Shown piece after piece: positions 52,392 to 64,000 of a DNA stretch of 64,000 nt (within the stretch, counting starts at the first letter, position 1; the number at the start of each line of letters is the position of its first letter). The stretch spans positions 56,978,001 through 57,042,000 of the forward strand of contig NC_043004.1 of NCBI RefSeq assembly GCF_006345805.1, read 5' to 3'. Both the position numbers and the translations under genes were made by a program. The DNA comes from Octopus sinensis (lineage: Eukaryota). Below the pieces are notes generated by a model, which did not search any database, was not told the DNA's origin, and was given only the letters and a program-made list of their open reading frames with translations.

Positions 52392-54734
52392 ATATACACA
52401 CACATACATACAAACATACACATATTTATGTATATTACTACCATTGTAGAACATTGAGGAAGCATAAAGTAAACTAAAATTTTCCAATAACTTTTTAAAT
52501 CAGATTCATGGTTATTTGTCGATATGACGCACATATTCCAAACGGCCGTCGACAAAGTAGTTGAGGTTAATCAATACAACAGCGTGATAAATATCTGCGA
52601 GCATTATAGGAGTTAGTAAGTGCTCCAAATTCCTATTAAGACCAAGAAACACTGGAAATATATTTCGTATATGCCTACCCGGAAAATATCGCCCGGGAAT
52701 AAGTGTTCAAAATTTCTGTTAAGCTTCGTGTCACAGCAGACCGAAACAATTGTCAAAGTAGGCATTTAAAATCCGATGATTTATGCAAAACCGACTCCCA
52801 AATTAAAGTGAACAATTAGAATAACGTACTTTCTGAAATAATAGGACGCAACCGAAATAAAGACAACAGCTCTATCAGACTACGTATGGTACACAAAAGG
52901 GAAGCCTTAATCTCCATTTAGTCTCACATGTTAGATACCTAAAATGCAAAATCATTGTTAATTTATAAATGCTGAAACAATTACTGGTGTTGTGATTTTA
53001 ACAGAACTACTCATCATATTTATAAGGAAACCAGTTTCATGTATGTTAGAAAATTATCGATAACATCACCTCAATAAACCTCAAACAATGATACCGCTTA
53101 CCGGTGAGTGAGTATCATTACCTCTGTCGCACAACTCAGCATGTTCGTGGAGCGGGGAGGAACCCTGAGTTAATGAAAGCCGCATATTGCAATTATAATT
53201 CACGTTAAAGAGTAAATCTACAACGTAATACATGATTTATTTATTTTGTTATATCATAGCCATACACACATACACACATGTGTATGTATGTATGTAGGTA
53301 TGTATGTATCTATGTATGTATATATATATATATGAAAGTTTATTTGAGGCAATACTTGCGTGCTTGCACAAATGATTCCGCAGGAGAATGAATGCATGGA
53401 TATACTTGCGAATATATGTCAGCATATATAGAATTCCGTATGTTTCGTGTATGTATGTATGTATGTATGTATGTATGTATGTATGTATGTATGTATGTAT
53501 GTATGTATGTATGCATTGTGGATTAATTATTTTCGTGTGTAATACTAAGTCACCTGGAAACATAGGGCATTTTTATTTAGGAAAACAGTTTTCTCATTTA
53601 TGCGTGATACGAGATCAAAATCATGCCTTTTTTTTATTTCTTAGAAATAAATTTCAGTACAAATTGGAAATAAAATTCCAGCAACTGTAATTACTTTTAA
53701 AATGAATTTTTACCCGAGATCCTTGGTTCATTAACTACTTTTGATGTTAAAAATAAGAAACTGAATATTTAATATATTTTCTGAACATTATTAATATTCT
53801 ATTGGAGGACTATTTTAAATGCATGTTTGTCTGCGAAATACTTGTGAAATCACATGCTAATTGATTGAGTAGTTAATTCATTTTTTCGTGTAATTCAATT
53901 ACTAAACGTCGAAGTTGACGGAGATCCCTTCTTTCTTTTATCTTATGCACGAGTGAGTAAGTGTAATAATACTTTTCACTAGATTCGCAAGGCCTGAAAG
54001 CTTTTTGGGTGATTTAGCCGATTCTATCGACACTGGTTCTCAACTTGTACTTTTTTTATCGACTCCGGACGATTCTGTTGACTCATTGCAATAGCATGAG
54101 CAATAATAGACGCATATATGAAAGAAGTGTGAGAACGAAATAGAAGGAATTTTACAGGGATTCTGTTGAAATGTACATTCATAAACATATATCTGTAAAA
54201 TATTTAACTTTGCCAATAATACGAACGGATATTTACATAAACAACTTGCATAACTCTATTAACTTTAGAAGTATCTCATATTAAATTTATCAGACACCAA
54301 TATTTGATTGCATACCACTTTTGATTGCTTACACACATAGCAACATCGGTAAATGTGTCTGAGAACCTAATGATTATATAAGTATGTTTGCATATATGTA
54401 CGAATTATGAAAATGTAGAAAAGAAGGAAAGATAAATATGAAATGGGACTGTTTTATCTTTTCCGTTATTAATAATATAACCATTAAGGTAGCGATATAA
54501 ATATTTAACCTATTTATCTTGTTGAAAATAAACAGACATGTCTCCATCATCTCATATTCACTCACAAACTCAGGAGTGAATATTTTATTTTACTATTTTT
54601 TTCTACATTCGCTTTCTACCTTCAGAGCTATGAATTATACACGCAACATTAGACACATAGACATTTTGTCAACATTATAATGTTGAAGAAATTCTTTTCC
54701 CTCTTATGCCTATATTTTCCGTGCAGAGTTCACA

Positions 54735-54784
<50 letters not shown>

Positions 54785-57474
54785 TTGTGTCTGTGTGTGT
54801 ATGTATATATATATATATTTATATATATGTATATATACATATATAAATACATACAGGCATGTATAGGCATGCATGTTATGCGTAAAGAATATTATTATTA
54901 TTATATTATTATTATTATCATTCAACTTTACTTATATTAAAATAGCTTCATCTTTTTTTCCTTGTTGATCCAGAGAAAAATTTTTGATCTTTGTCTTCGC
55001 AAAATTCTCCAAAAGATTGATGTGATTAAAATTTCTCTTGTACTGTTTATGAATTTAGGGCAGCAGGAAAAAAGTATATGAAATGTGGGAATTCCAGGTG
55101 GTCGGATTTTAATGCCAAGAAGAGTAAGTGTAATGCGGTGTTTGGGTGTGAGGGATAAAATACGGTTGGCAGATGATGAATTACCGACACACTATGAAAA
55201 GAAATCTATATGCAAAGTGAAAATTTCCAATTCAGATAAGCATTATAAACACATATAAATCAATTTCTAAATAAATTTTTACTTTATGTCATGTCAAAGA
55301 TTTTATAGAGTATATGTCCTTTGTGGTTTCTTGATAACTAAAGCTATTGTAATATTCCAACGTTTCTCGTATGCATCAATCGACACTCATTTGTATTGCT
55401 GAAGGGATATATGTATTTAAAGTTTTTACAATATGAATAAAACATTCAGCTAATTACTCACTCATTCAAATATATTTTAAATTATTTCAAGTTTGCTTAG
55501 CGTGTTTGATTTTTTTTGAGATGCCATTCACGAAAACCTTCGTTGAACTCTAGTTTCATTTTCTATAATTCTGAAAATTCATTTTTTAGGAATGACATTT
55601 TCTTTAGTATTTTCAAGTAGACAAATAATAGTTGTAATTTTAAGGTTTGAACCTCCTTTAAAAAAAAATTTTGTTTTATCTTACCAATACGACTCATGCT
55701 GTCTGGAAGAGTCTAGATATAAGATTTTGATTCTATTTTAGTCATACTTTTAAAGTTTAGGTGGCTGATAAATGATAGTTTAGTTTGTGTAGTGAAATCT
55801 ATTAACCAGTGGCGCAGTCAGTCATAAAGTTTCAATTCTATGAGTGAGAGTAAATTCACTGTTATAAGAATTATTCACATGGTAAAAAGTAAAGCCTACG
55901 ACAGTTTATTTAACTGTTTTGGAAAACAAAAATAATCAATGGGACAAATTTTTTTAATCATTGATTTGGTGTTAAGCTATTTTAGTTGATTTACGTTGCT
56001 AATTAGCTTAATGAGCGGATAGATTTTACCAGTTTCTATTCTGGAACACCCAATTCTAATTCACACAAAAAGAAAACACTTTCCGTTGAAACAAAATATA
56101 AAATATTGGAAAGCGTTTGTTACACTTGTCAAAACAACTTTCACCTTTAGATTCTTAACGTGCTTCTGTTTATCTTACAAATACTTTTTGCATTTCTCAT
56201 AACTTGATTTACTAAGATTCATTAAGAATCTTTATTGTATCTCTTTTCTTTATTTCGTACACTTTATAAAGTGTCTCGTGGAAGAATAATCACACAGATG
56301 CTAAAAATATTTGGGAAAGGTTACCCAGAAGTACATGGAAGAATAGAAGTACATTTCGTGTGTCTTACGTTAGAATGATAAACATTAAACTCTAGAACCT
56401 AACACTTTTTCAGCATATTATTCCATAGATTTAGAAAACGCTCCTGATTTATTATTAATCAGAATAACATCTGGCGTTGTAGTAACTGTTTTATGAGAAA
56501 TTGGTTTACATTCAAATAGTTAAGACTGAGAACCAAAAAGCTCTTTTCCTTTCGCAATCATCAAATTGAATTTTTACGCTGAGAATAAATAATGAAACGT
56601 TTTATAATTTCCCTTTTGTTTTTCAGTTTAGCAGTCTCTGCGTTACAGCTTAGAGTGCAGAAGGTTCCAAAACAGTCTGCTCTAAAATATTTTGTAAATA
56701 TGATATGGAGTATTTTCGGTTAAGGTGTTTGTTAATCTTCAGGAGATTGATAATTGTGAGTAAAAGCAATTGCACAAATTATATCCAGGTATTTATACGT
56801 ATCTATATAAAGTATATTTGTACATATAGCATGACTATCGAAATACATTTCCAGCGAACAGCTTATAGGAAGGAATATAGCTATCAGATAATTTTCTATC
56901 GAACGAAATCGTAGCACATTTGCCGACCGGAAAAAAACATTTATAAAAGGATGCGTCGTCGAATAAAATGATGGAGTATGATATGTTTTAGCGAACAAAC
57001 GTTTCAGCGAATGGATTTTCACCGAACAATATTTCATTTAACATGGAAACAACTATTCGTACCATACATTTTCTCAATATAATATTTTGTTAAATAATTT
57101 TATGTAAAACAATTTTAATATAAATAACTGTAAATACCTCTACCGTTAGCATCCTTTTTAAAAATATAATCTTATACTAATTATTTTCTATATCGCATAA
57201 TATTCGATATATAATATGTGTAATTTATCTATACTTTAATGGAAATATTTATGTCCATACCTCATATTTACAGTAAAATCATCAAAATTACGTGTCATAT
57301 ATTTATTCTATATTTCAAAGTTTCAATGGCTTAAGCACTTAAAATCATACTTTTATTATTTTTATGACATTAATATTTGAAAACTAATTGGTTCTACTAG
57401 CTGGTCCAGAGGCCAAACCAATTTTAGAGACATGGTCATTTATTCAAATTAAAAATTTCACCTCACATCTATTC

Positions 57475-57505
<31 letters not shown>

Positions 57506-57620
57506 ATCTATCTGTCTGTCTGTCTCGTTGTCTGTCTATGTGTCCTCATTTTCTCTCATCCGTTTCCCTCTTTCTGTACATAAATAATATATGTGCGCGT
57601 CTCCGTAAGGGTTCAGCATG

Positions 57621-57728
<108 letters not shown>

Positions 57729-57814
57729 AGATAATATATATGTATGCATATATGTATACATACATATACATACTTACAAATACATGTATATACGCATGCA
57801 TATTTAGGTACAGG

Positions 57815-58847
57815 AATTCGAAAAGCGTAAACAACATGCCAAACGAGAACATGAAATACAAAAACATGGAAAACGATCTTTTTTGCGAACAACGGAAGAA
57901 GCAAATAGAAAATCAAAACAGGCAACATAAAGAAAAATCCCTTCATGAGTAGTTCAAAGTTTTATCTACTCCGCATTTCGAGCGTTGAGACAAGATGCGT
58001 CTTCATAAAAACAGTTGCTTCCGCAAAGAAAGTTAAATAAAGTTTGGGATTTGCGGAGGGTCAAATTTGGTAACAAAAACAGGGCAGTTAAAACAAACGG
58101 CAAGGGCTGTTAAGCCACAATGAGGTGAAGTGGGGAACGCTGGAGAAACAAGCTTTGAATTGTGACAGACGAAAATGCGTGCTATCTCTTGTAGTTGAAC
58201 GAGAAGAAAGATATTCGAGTTAGAAAAAGATGGCCGCTGGTCACGTGTGAGCAACGAGGGAGTCAAAGAGGAGTGAGAGGGACAGATAGAGACCAGTGGA
58301 GGGGGTGGAGAAGAATTAGTGAAGGCTGAGAGGAGAAGAATTATAGAAAGGTGGGAGAGAAAATAAGAATATTGAAAGAGGAAGAGAGAGAGAGAAATAG
58401 AGTTAGTGATAGAATAGTGTGGTTTCAGAATTGTCAAAATAATACTTGGAAATGGATGCGTGATGTTCTATCATATAATAATATAAATAATATATATAAG
58501 CATATATACATAGATACATACTTACACGTAAATGTATATACACATGGATATATGGGTACAGGACGTCAAAAACGTAAACAGCATGAAATGTAAAAACGAA
58601 AGAAGCAAATAGAAAACCTAGATAGGCAACATAAAGAACAATGTCTTCATCAGCTGTCCACTGTTTTATCTACTCCGCATTTCGAGCGTCAGGACAAGAT
58701 GCGTCTACATCAAAGGAGTCGCTCCGCAAACGCAAATTAGATAAAAATTGGGATTTGCGAAGGGTCAAAGTGGGTAACAAATACAGGACAGTTAAAACAA
58801 ACGGTAGAGGCTGTTAAACCATAACGAGGTGAAGTGGTGAACGCTCA
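57815..58847. repeat. Two diverged direct repeats of about 300 bp (57815-58140 and 58560-58847)
   Basis: Shared blocks gaagcaaatagaaaa, aggcaacataaagaa, ttttatctactccgcatttcgagcgt, acaagatgcgtct, cagttaaaacaaacgg and gaggtgaagtgg.gaacgct. Confidence 0.85.
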
Positions 58848-59129
58848 GTTTCAATATCATAAATAATATTTTGATTATCCTGTGAAAATTTTAAAAAGTT
58901 CAATAAGTGCAATCTTGAGTACCATGCCACACAACCAAGAGACCCGACTCAGGACTGTTAGACAATTTCTGCAGCCGCATCATCCCCTAACATCTGGTCA
59001 CCAAACTCACCAAACTCCTTTTTCATTATTATGCAAGGGGCGCAGTTGAGTGAGGGAGCAACGAGACTCCTAACACCTGAGTTGAACTGAAAACAGCAGA
59101 CGGCAATTTATTCACCACACACACACACA

Positions 59130-59177
<48 letters not shown>

Positions 59178-59179
59178 GA

Positions 59180-59330
59180 GTCTGCCTCAGGATTGACAGT
59201 CAATCTCAAGAAAGCTGTTGTCATGCTTTATCCTGCCCCTGGTAAGCAGTATAGTGTACCAAATATCTATGTGTATGGTAAACGATTTGATGTAGTTGAT
59301 CAATGCGTCTACCTGGGATTTGCCTGACTA
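59180..59330 (+). mobile_element. RTE/BovB-like RT fragment
   Basis: SGLTVNLKKAVVMLYPAPGKQYSVPNIYVYGKRFDVVDQCVYLG resembles the RTE motif GLxINxKKTxVM.QPAPG...VV..F.YLG. Confidence 0.7.
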
Positions 59331-61143
59331 CTGATACGCAACCTAGCGGCTGGGCATGAGATGAGACCACCAGAATATCTACCAGAATAAAAAAATAAAG
59401 AATTACCGGGGTTTGATTCATTCCACCAAAAATTCTTCAAAGCCTAGTCCTAGCATTGCAGCAAGAGTGAAGCAACTAAAGTATAAAGTATAAAATGCAT
59501 AATCTCTATCGAAAAATCGTTCGAAATAAACATGAATCAGCAATACAACAAGCACGAAAATTGACTAAACAATCTTTTGTTGTTTTAACCTGTCCAGCTA
59601 TGAGGAAAGCTTTAAATCCTTTGAGTAGGCAATTCTTTGATATTTTCCGCACGAAACAATAAAAAATATCAGTGCTTCAGAAGAAGATACGTTGATACCG
59701 TGTCTCCTGGCTGCAGATGGCAGGTAAACAGTAAAATTTCTGTTATTTTCTGCCACTCTCTTTATGTGAGCGCCCAGTGTTTTTTCTTATGTCTATCATC
59801 TTCATCTCCCTTCTCGAAGGGAATAATACGATACACAAAGAAAAAAAGCTATACATATATAAATACCACCACTCCTTTTCTAAAGTATGATTGAAAGGAA
59901 GCAAGAAAAAAATCTGCTTTCCTCTGCCCGTCTTTCTTTTGTTTCTCTCTTTCATGCTTCCTGATTCAAGCCAAGTGGAAACTAATTCATTGCTGTTTCG
60001 TTTTTCTCGCTAAGCAAACAGGATCTATTTATATTTATACTTTTTAAATATTGTTCCTTGTTTACAATTAATACTAAGAAATGAAGGAATGGGGAATACA
60101 AAAGAAAGGAACGAAATGCATGCATTGCATGTATATACCGTTCACCATTGGTGGTTAGTGAGATGAATGCATCTTGATGTAGTTAAACCTTTTTTCTAGT
60201 ACTAAGTACATAAAATAACTTATTCACTTAAATTCTAAAATGTCATTCTAAGTTTGTATGATACACAAAAAATAGCCGTATAGTATTTCTAAGCAGTTCT
60301 ACTATTATGTACAAGAAAACGTTTTTGATTTCCTCACCTAGAATATTGTTTAAGAAGGTTTAATACTGAAATCCTGAGTAAAACTGAAAAATACAGCACA
60401 GAAATAGTCTAACCCGGATAGATATGTACTGCACCTCAACCAATTAAATGCACATAAATGTTACATCAACGAACTCGAAAAATTTTTGTAGTATCAATAC
60501 AACTGCCCTGGTTTACGAGCACTTTCTCTTTAATACCCAAGCTTAAATCCTTGCTTTATTCATGATACAGCGCTCAAGTAATAGGAAATACTACTCTCGC
60601 TTTCGGACATGGGCATGGATACGTTTGCAAATGAGTGTCTTCAAATTCATAAATTCCTCCAAATTTGTTAAGATCTTTTACTATTGATATAATATGGAAC
60701 CATTATCAATTCAGTATGCAATGAATTAATCAAGGTTTTACCAATATACATTTTATTATACCATTAATGATTAAAATAAATTAAAAAAGAATGTTTTTAG
60801 TTAACTTCTTGTCCTGAAAATGAAATGACTTCTTTGGATTTGATGGTCTACTTCGATCTCTTTACAGTCACTTTACGTGGAAAAAGCAGTTTAACTTCTA
60901 TAAATGAAATATATTTTATGTGTTGAAATACCTGAAACTTTATCTAAAACCATTGTGGTACGTTTTTCACATTCAAAGTTACATTTTCCTGCGGTGTGAT
61001 AAATTATAGTAAATGAAAACTTTATTGTAAAGTTATATTTAATTCGTATTAAGTTCTGTGTGGATTTATGGTTTCCTTGACTTTCTTTGTTGGCGTGCCA
61101 CAGTTATGACGAAATCAATTTGTTTCACTTTCATACTACGAGT

Positions 61144-61320
61144 AAAATGCTTAGCGGCATTTCATCTACCCTTACGTTTTGAGTTCAAATTCCACCGATG
61201 TCCACTTTTCCTTTCATCTTTTCGAAGTCGATAAAATAAGTACTAGTTAAGCTCTGATGTTGATATTGTAGACTTACTCCCGCTCTCGAATATGCTCGCC
61301 TTGTACCAAAATGTGAATCC
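61144..61320 (+). mobile_element. Decayed SINE family 2
   Basis: aaaatgcttagcggcatttc...tgagttcaaattccaccga...cctttcatcttttcgaagtcgataaaataagtac. Confidence 0.75.
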
Positions 61321-62024
61321 AGTTTGTTTTACCTGAATCTTATTCATAAAACAGATGAAAATGTGTGTATTTGACAAGTTCTCGTTTTCTCTTGCTTTAT
61401 TCCTGTAAACACATTCTGGAGGCAACTTCCTGGGAGCAAAGGTGCATATAAACTGATCATAAAATTTATTTGAACCCGCATCTACTAAATTTACCTTCCC
61501 GCTTATAGAAATTCTGCTCGGCTGTTATGGTAAAGAAGTAGCTGTTGAATGCACAAGCTGAGGCGTCTTCACATCAATCATTTTTTTCCCTGAAACATTT
61601 ACTTTTCTATTGGTGTCTAGACAGAATGATAAAAACCAAAAAATAGAGCAAGGAAATAAATGACAAATGACAAAACGAAAATGGTGAAAAAGTGAAGATA
61701 AACGTGGAAAAAGACAAAGAACGATAGACAAAGAAGGAAGTGAGGGTCGATCGAATTAGTGAAACTTTCAATGAAGATCAGAGAGAGGAAAGAGAAATAA
61801 CACACTGAGATTCAGGACCCTAGTAGCAACGAAGAGGCAGACGATACTTACATAGAATAAAATACACCGAGGAGAAAGTAGACATAGCTACACAAAAATT
61901 CTAACATTCACATGTGTGTGTGCGTGTGTATGTTGTCAAGCTCCAACATTTGTTTCTGACAACGGAAATTTTTGAATTAATATTCAAAAGATTCATATTA
62001 AAGTATTAGTCAGAGAAAAATAAC

Positions 62025-62085
62025 CTACGTTATTCTTTATTTTTGAAAAATAACCTACGTTATTCTTTATTTTTGCTATTCTGTT
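62025..62085. repeat. 30-bp tandem duplication
   Basis: gaaaaataacctacgttattctttattttt occurs twice. Confidence 0.9.
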
Positions 62086-62272
62086 GGAACTTTATGTCTG
62101 TTTTCGTATTGGTTTACGTATAAATCTTTAGTGCTTCTGACTAATACCGCCTCTGTCGCAATGATTTATTAATTTCCTGTTGTGTCATAATATTCCACGA
62201 TAACCGATTTATAGCAAGTTAAGCATGAATTTGAAACGTAACCTTCCGTTTTAATAATAGCCACGAGACACT

Positions 62273-62323
62273 GCCCTGTGTTGCTCATTAAAAAGGCCCT
62301 GTGTTGCTCATTAAAAAGGCCCT
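62273..62323. repeat. 23-bp tandem duplication
   Basis: gccctgtgttgctcattaaaaag occurs twice. Confidence 0.9.
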
Positions 62324-62489
62324 TTGTATATCGCAGTGTCAATTTTTTCCCAATATCTGGATTGTTTTTAATTTTTTTTTTTTTTGCTTTCTCTTTTATA
62401 AGGAGCTATTGTTAAATTTTCTCTCCTGTAGAAATCAAAGCAACAAAACAAAACCGTATTACTCAACTCCTTGGAAACGTGTAGAAATA

Positions 62490-63087
62490 CTCTTTTCTAC
62501 TCTAATCACAAGGCCCGAAATTTTGGGGGACGAGGCCAGTCGATTAGATCGACTCCAGTACGCAACTGGTACTTAATTTATTAGAACGTAAAGACGAACA
62601 AAAGACCGCTAAGCATTTTGCCTGGCGTGCTAACATTTCTTATTTCTTTATTGCCCACAGGGGGCTAAATATAGAGGGGATAAACAAGGACAGACAAGGG
62701 GATTAAGTCGATTCTATCGACATCAGTGCGTAACTAGTACTTATTTAATCGAAGCTGAAAGGATGGAATTCAAAGTCGACCTCGGCGGAATTTGAACTAA
62801 GAACGTAAAAACAGACGAGATGCCGCTAAACATTTCGCCCGGCGTGCTAACGTTTCTTATTTCCTTATTGCCCACAATGGGCTAAACATAGAGGGGACAA
62901 ACAAGGACAGGCAATGGGATTAAGTCGATTGCATCGACCCAGTGCGTAACTGGTACTTTATATATCGACCCCGAAAGGATGAAAGGCAAAGTCGACCTCG
63001 GAGGAATTTGAACTCAGAACGTAACAGCAGGCGAAATACCGCTAAGCATTTCGCCCGGTGTGCTAACGTTTCTGCCAGCTCGCCGCC
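62490..63087 (-). mobile_element. Head-to-tail trimer of SINE family 2
   Basis: Three cores in tandem, joined at aataagaaa(c/t)|gttagcacg (plus-strand positions about 62635 and 62855). One intact head at 63087; the last unit has the alternative tail and an internal deletion. Confidence 0.85.
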
Positions 63088-64000
63088 TTTGTAGAAATAT
63101 TGAAATGCTGCAAATACCGTTCCACTGATGTCTTAGGTTTGTCAACTTGAAATATTTTAGCACATTCAATACTTTCTTTTTACTTGTATACGCAGAATAA
63201 TATATATTGGTGTTTGTGTGTTCCAGCCCTTTGCGTTCTGAGTTCAAATTGCGCAGTGAATTATTTCTTTGATAGACTTCATTTCTATCATCCAGCTTAC
63301 TACTACCTCTTATAACCTTGTGCCTTTTGCGTAGTCGATTCAGAGACTGGCTTGCTATTTGTCTCGGAGGTAAAGGAAATTGAAAAATGTAATGGTTAAT
63401 AAATTTCTGTCGAGACGGAATTATTAAATAAAAATAATCTCACATATTCAAAGTGTCCACTGCAGAATATCAGCTATTTGTCAGATACTATGTATAATAT
63501 AATCTTAGATAAATTCTTCCTACCTACTCTAAACTATCGTTTCGTTGATCAAATATTTATGCTTACTTTAACTATTACCTGTTGGTGACTTTATAAATTT
63601 GTCTTTCCATAACTTCTGAACTTTTCCAGGTTTATAACCTTAAGAATAGTATTTGTCTCGCTCGCATTTTTCCGTGTAATATCAAATGTGCAACTGTTTT
63701 GTATAATCACCACTAGTATCATGATGCTGATAATAACTATACTCTCCTGGCAAATCTCAGCATAATACAGTCACAACGTATCTAAAGACTAGATAGCATT
63801 GCTTTTCAGATAGGGAGTTTTTCTTTGTGAGTGGTATTGGTCTTTTATTTATGATCCTTTTCGTTGTTCGGGGCAGATTTATAGACTACTGAGGAGTGCA
63901 TATGAAAGAGCTATGCTACTGAATTGGACACTTCTTTATTATTGCAAAAGTTGTTTTAAGGTTAGATCAAATGTGATCGAACAGACATACGACGTAAAGT

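Noticed and set aside
59600-59725. Exon ending at cag|gtaaac (ASEEDTLIPCLLAADG)
   Set aside because: The nearest good acceptor gives stops in all three frames, and no polypyrimidine tract precedes the open part.

Overview
AT-rich, microsatellite-laden eukaryotic DNA. The SINE and LINE families look like those of an octopus/cephalopod genome; this is recognition from memory, not a database result. No host protein-coding gene can be supported, only two weak exon candidates. The window is a mosaic of mobile elements, mostly separated by (TA)n arrays. (1) Two divergent CR1-like LINE families on the minus strand: family A with one full-length copy (about 9.4-13.8 kb) and three partial copies, and family B with one full-length decayed copy (14.8-19.5 kb). 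Both ORF1s combine an N-terminal Myb/SANT-trihelix-like domain with a CCCH zinc finger. (2) Penelope-like element (PLE) remnants with GIY-YIG motifs, and at least seven type-I hammerhead-ribozyme (HHR) motifs from four sequence families, several inside fold-back inversions. (3) Three tRNA-derived SINE families; one shares its 3' end, including a covarying 5-bp/4-nt stem-loop, with the CR1-like LINEs. (4) Two non-autonomous Helitron-like elements, Tc1 and mariner remnants, Tx1-, RTE- and R4/Dong-like fragments, a 914-bp tandem duplication and a 100-N gap. Most ORFs in the supplied track (poly-IY/YM) are microsatellite artefacts.
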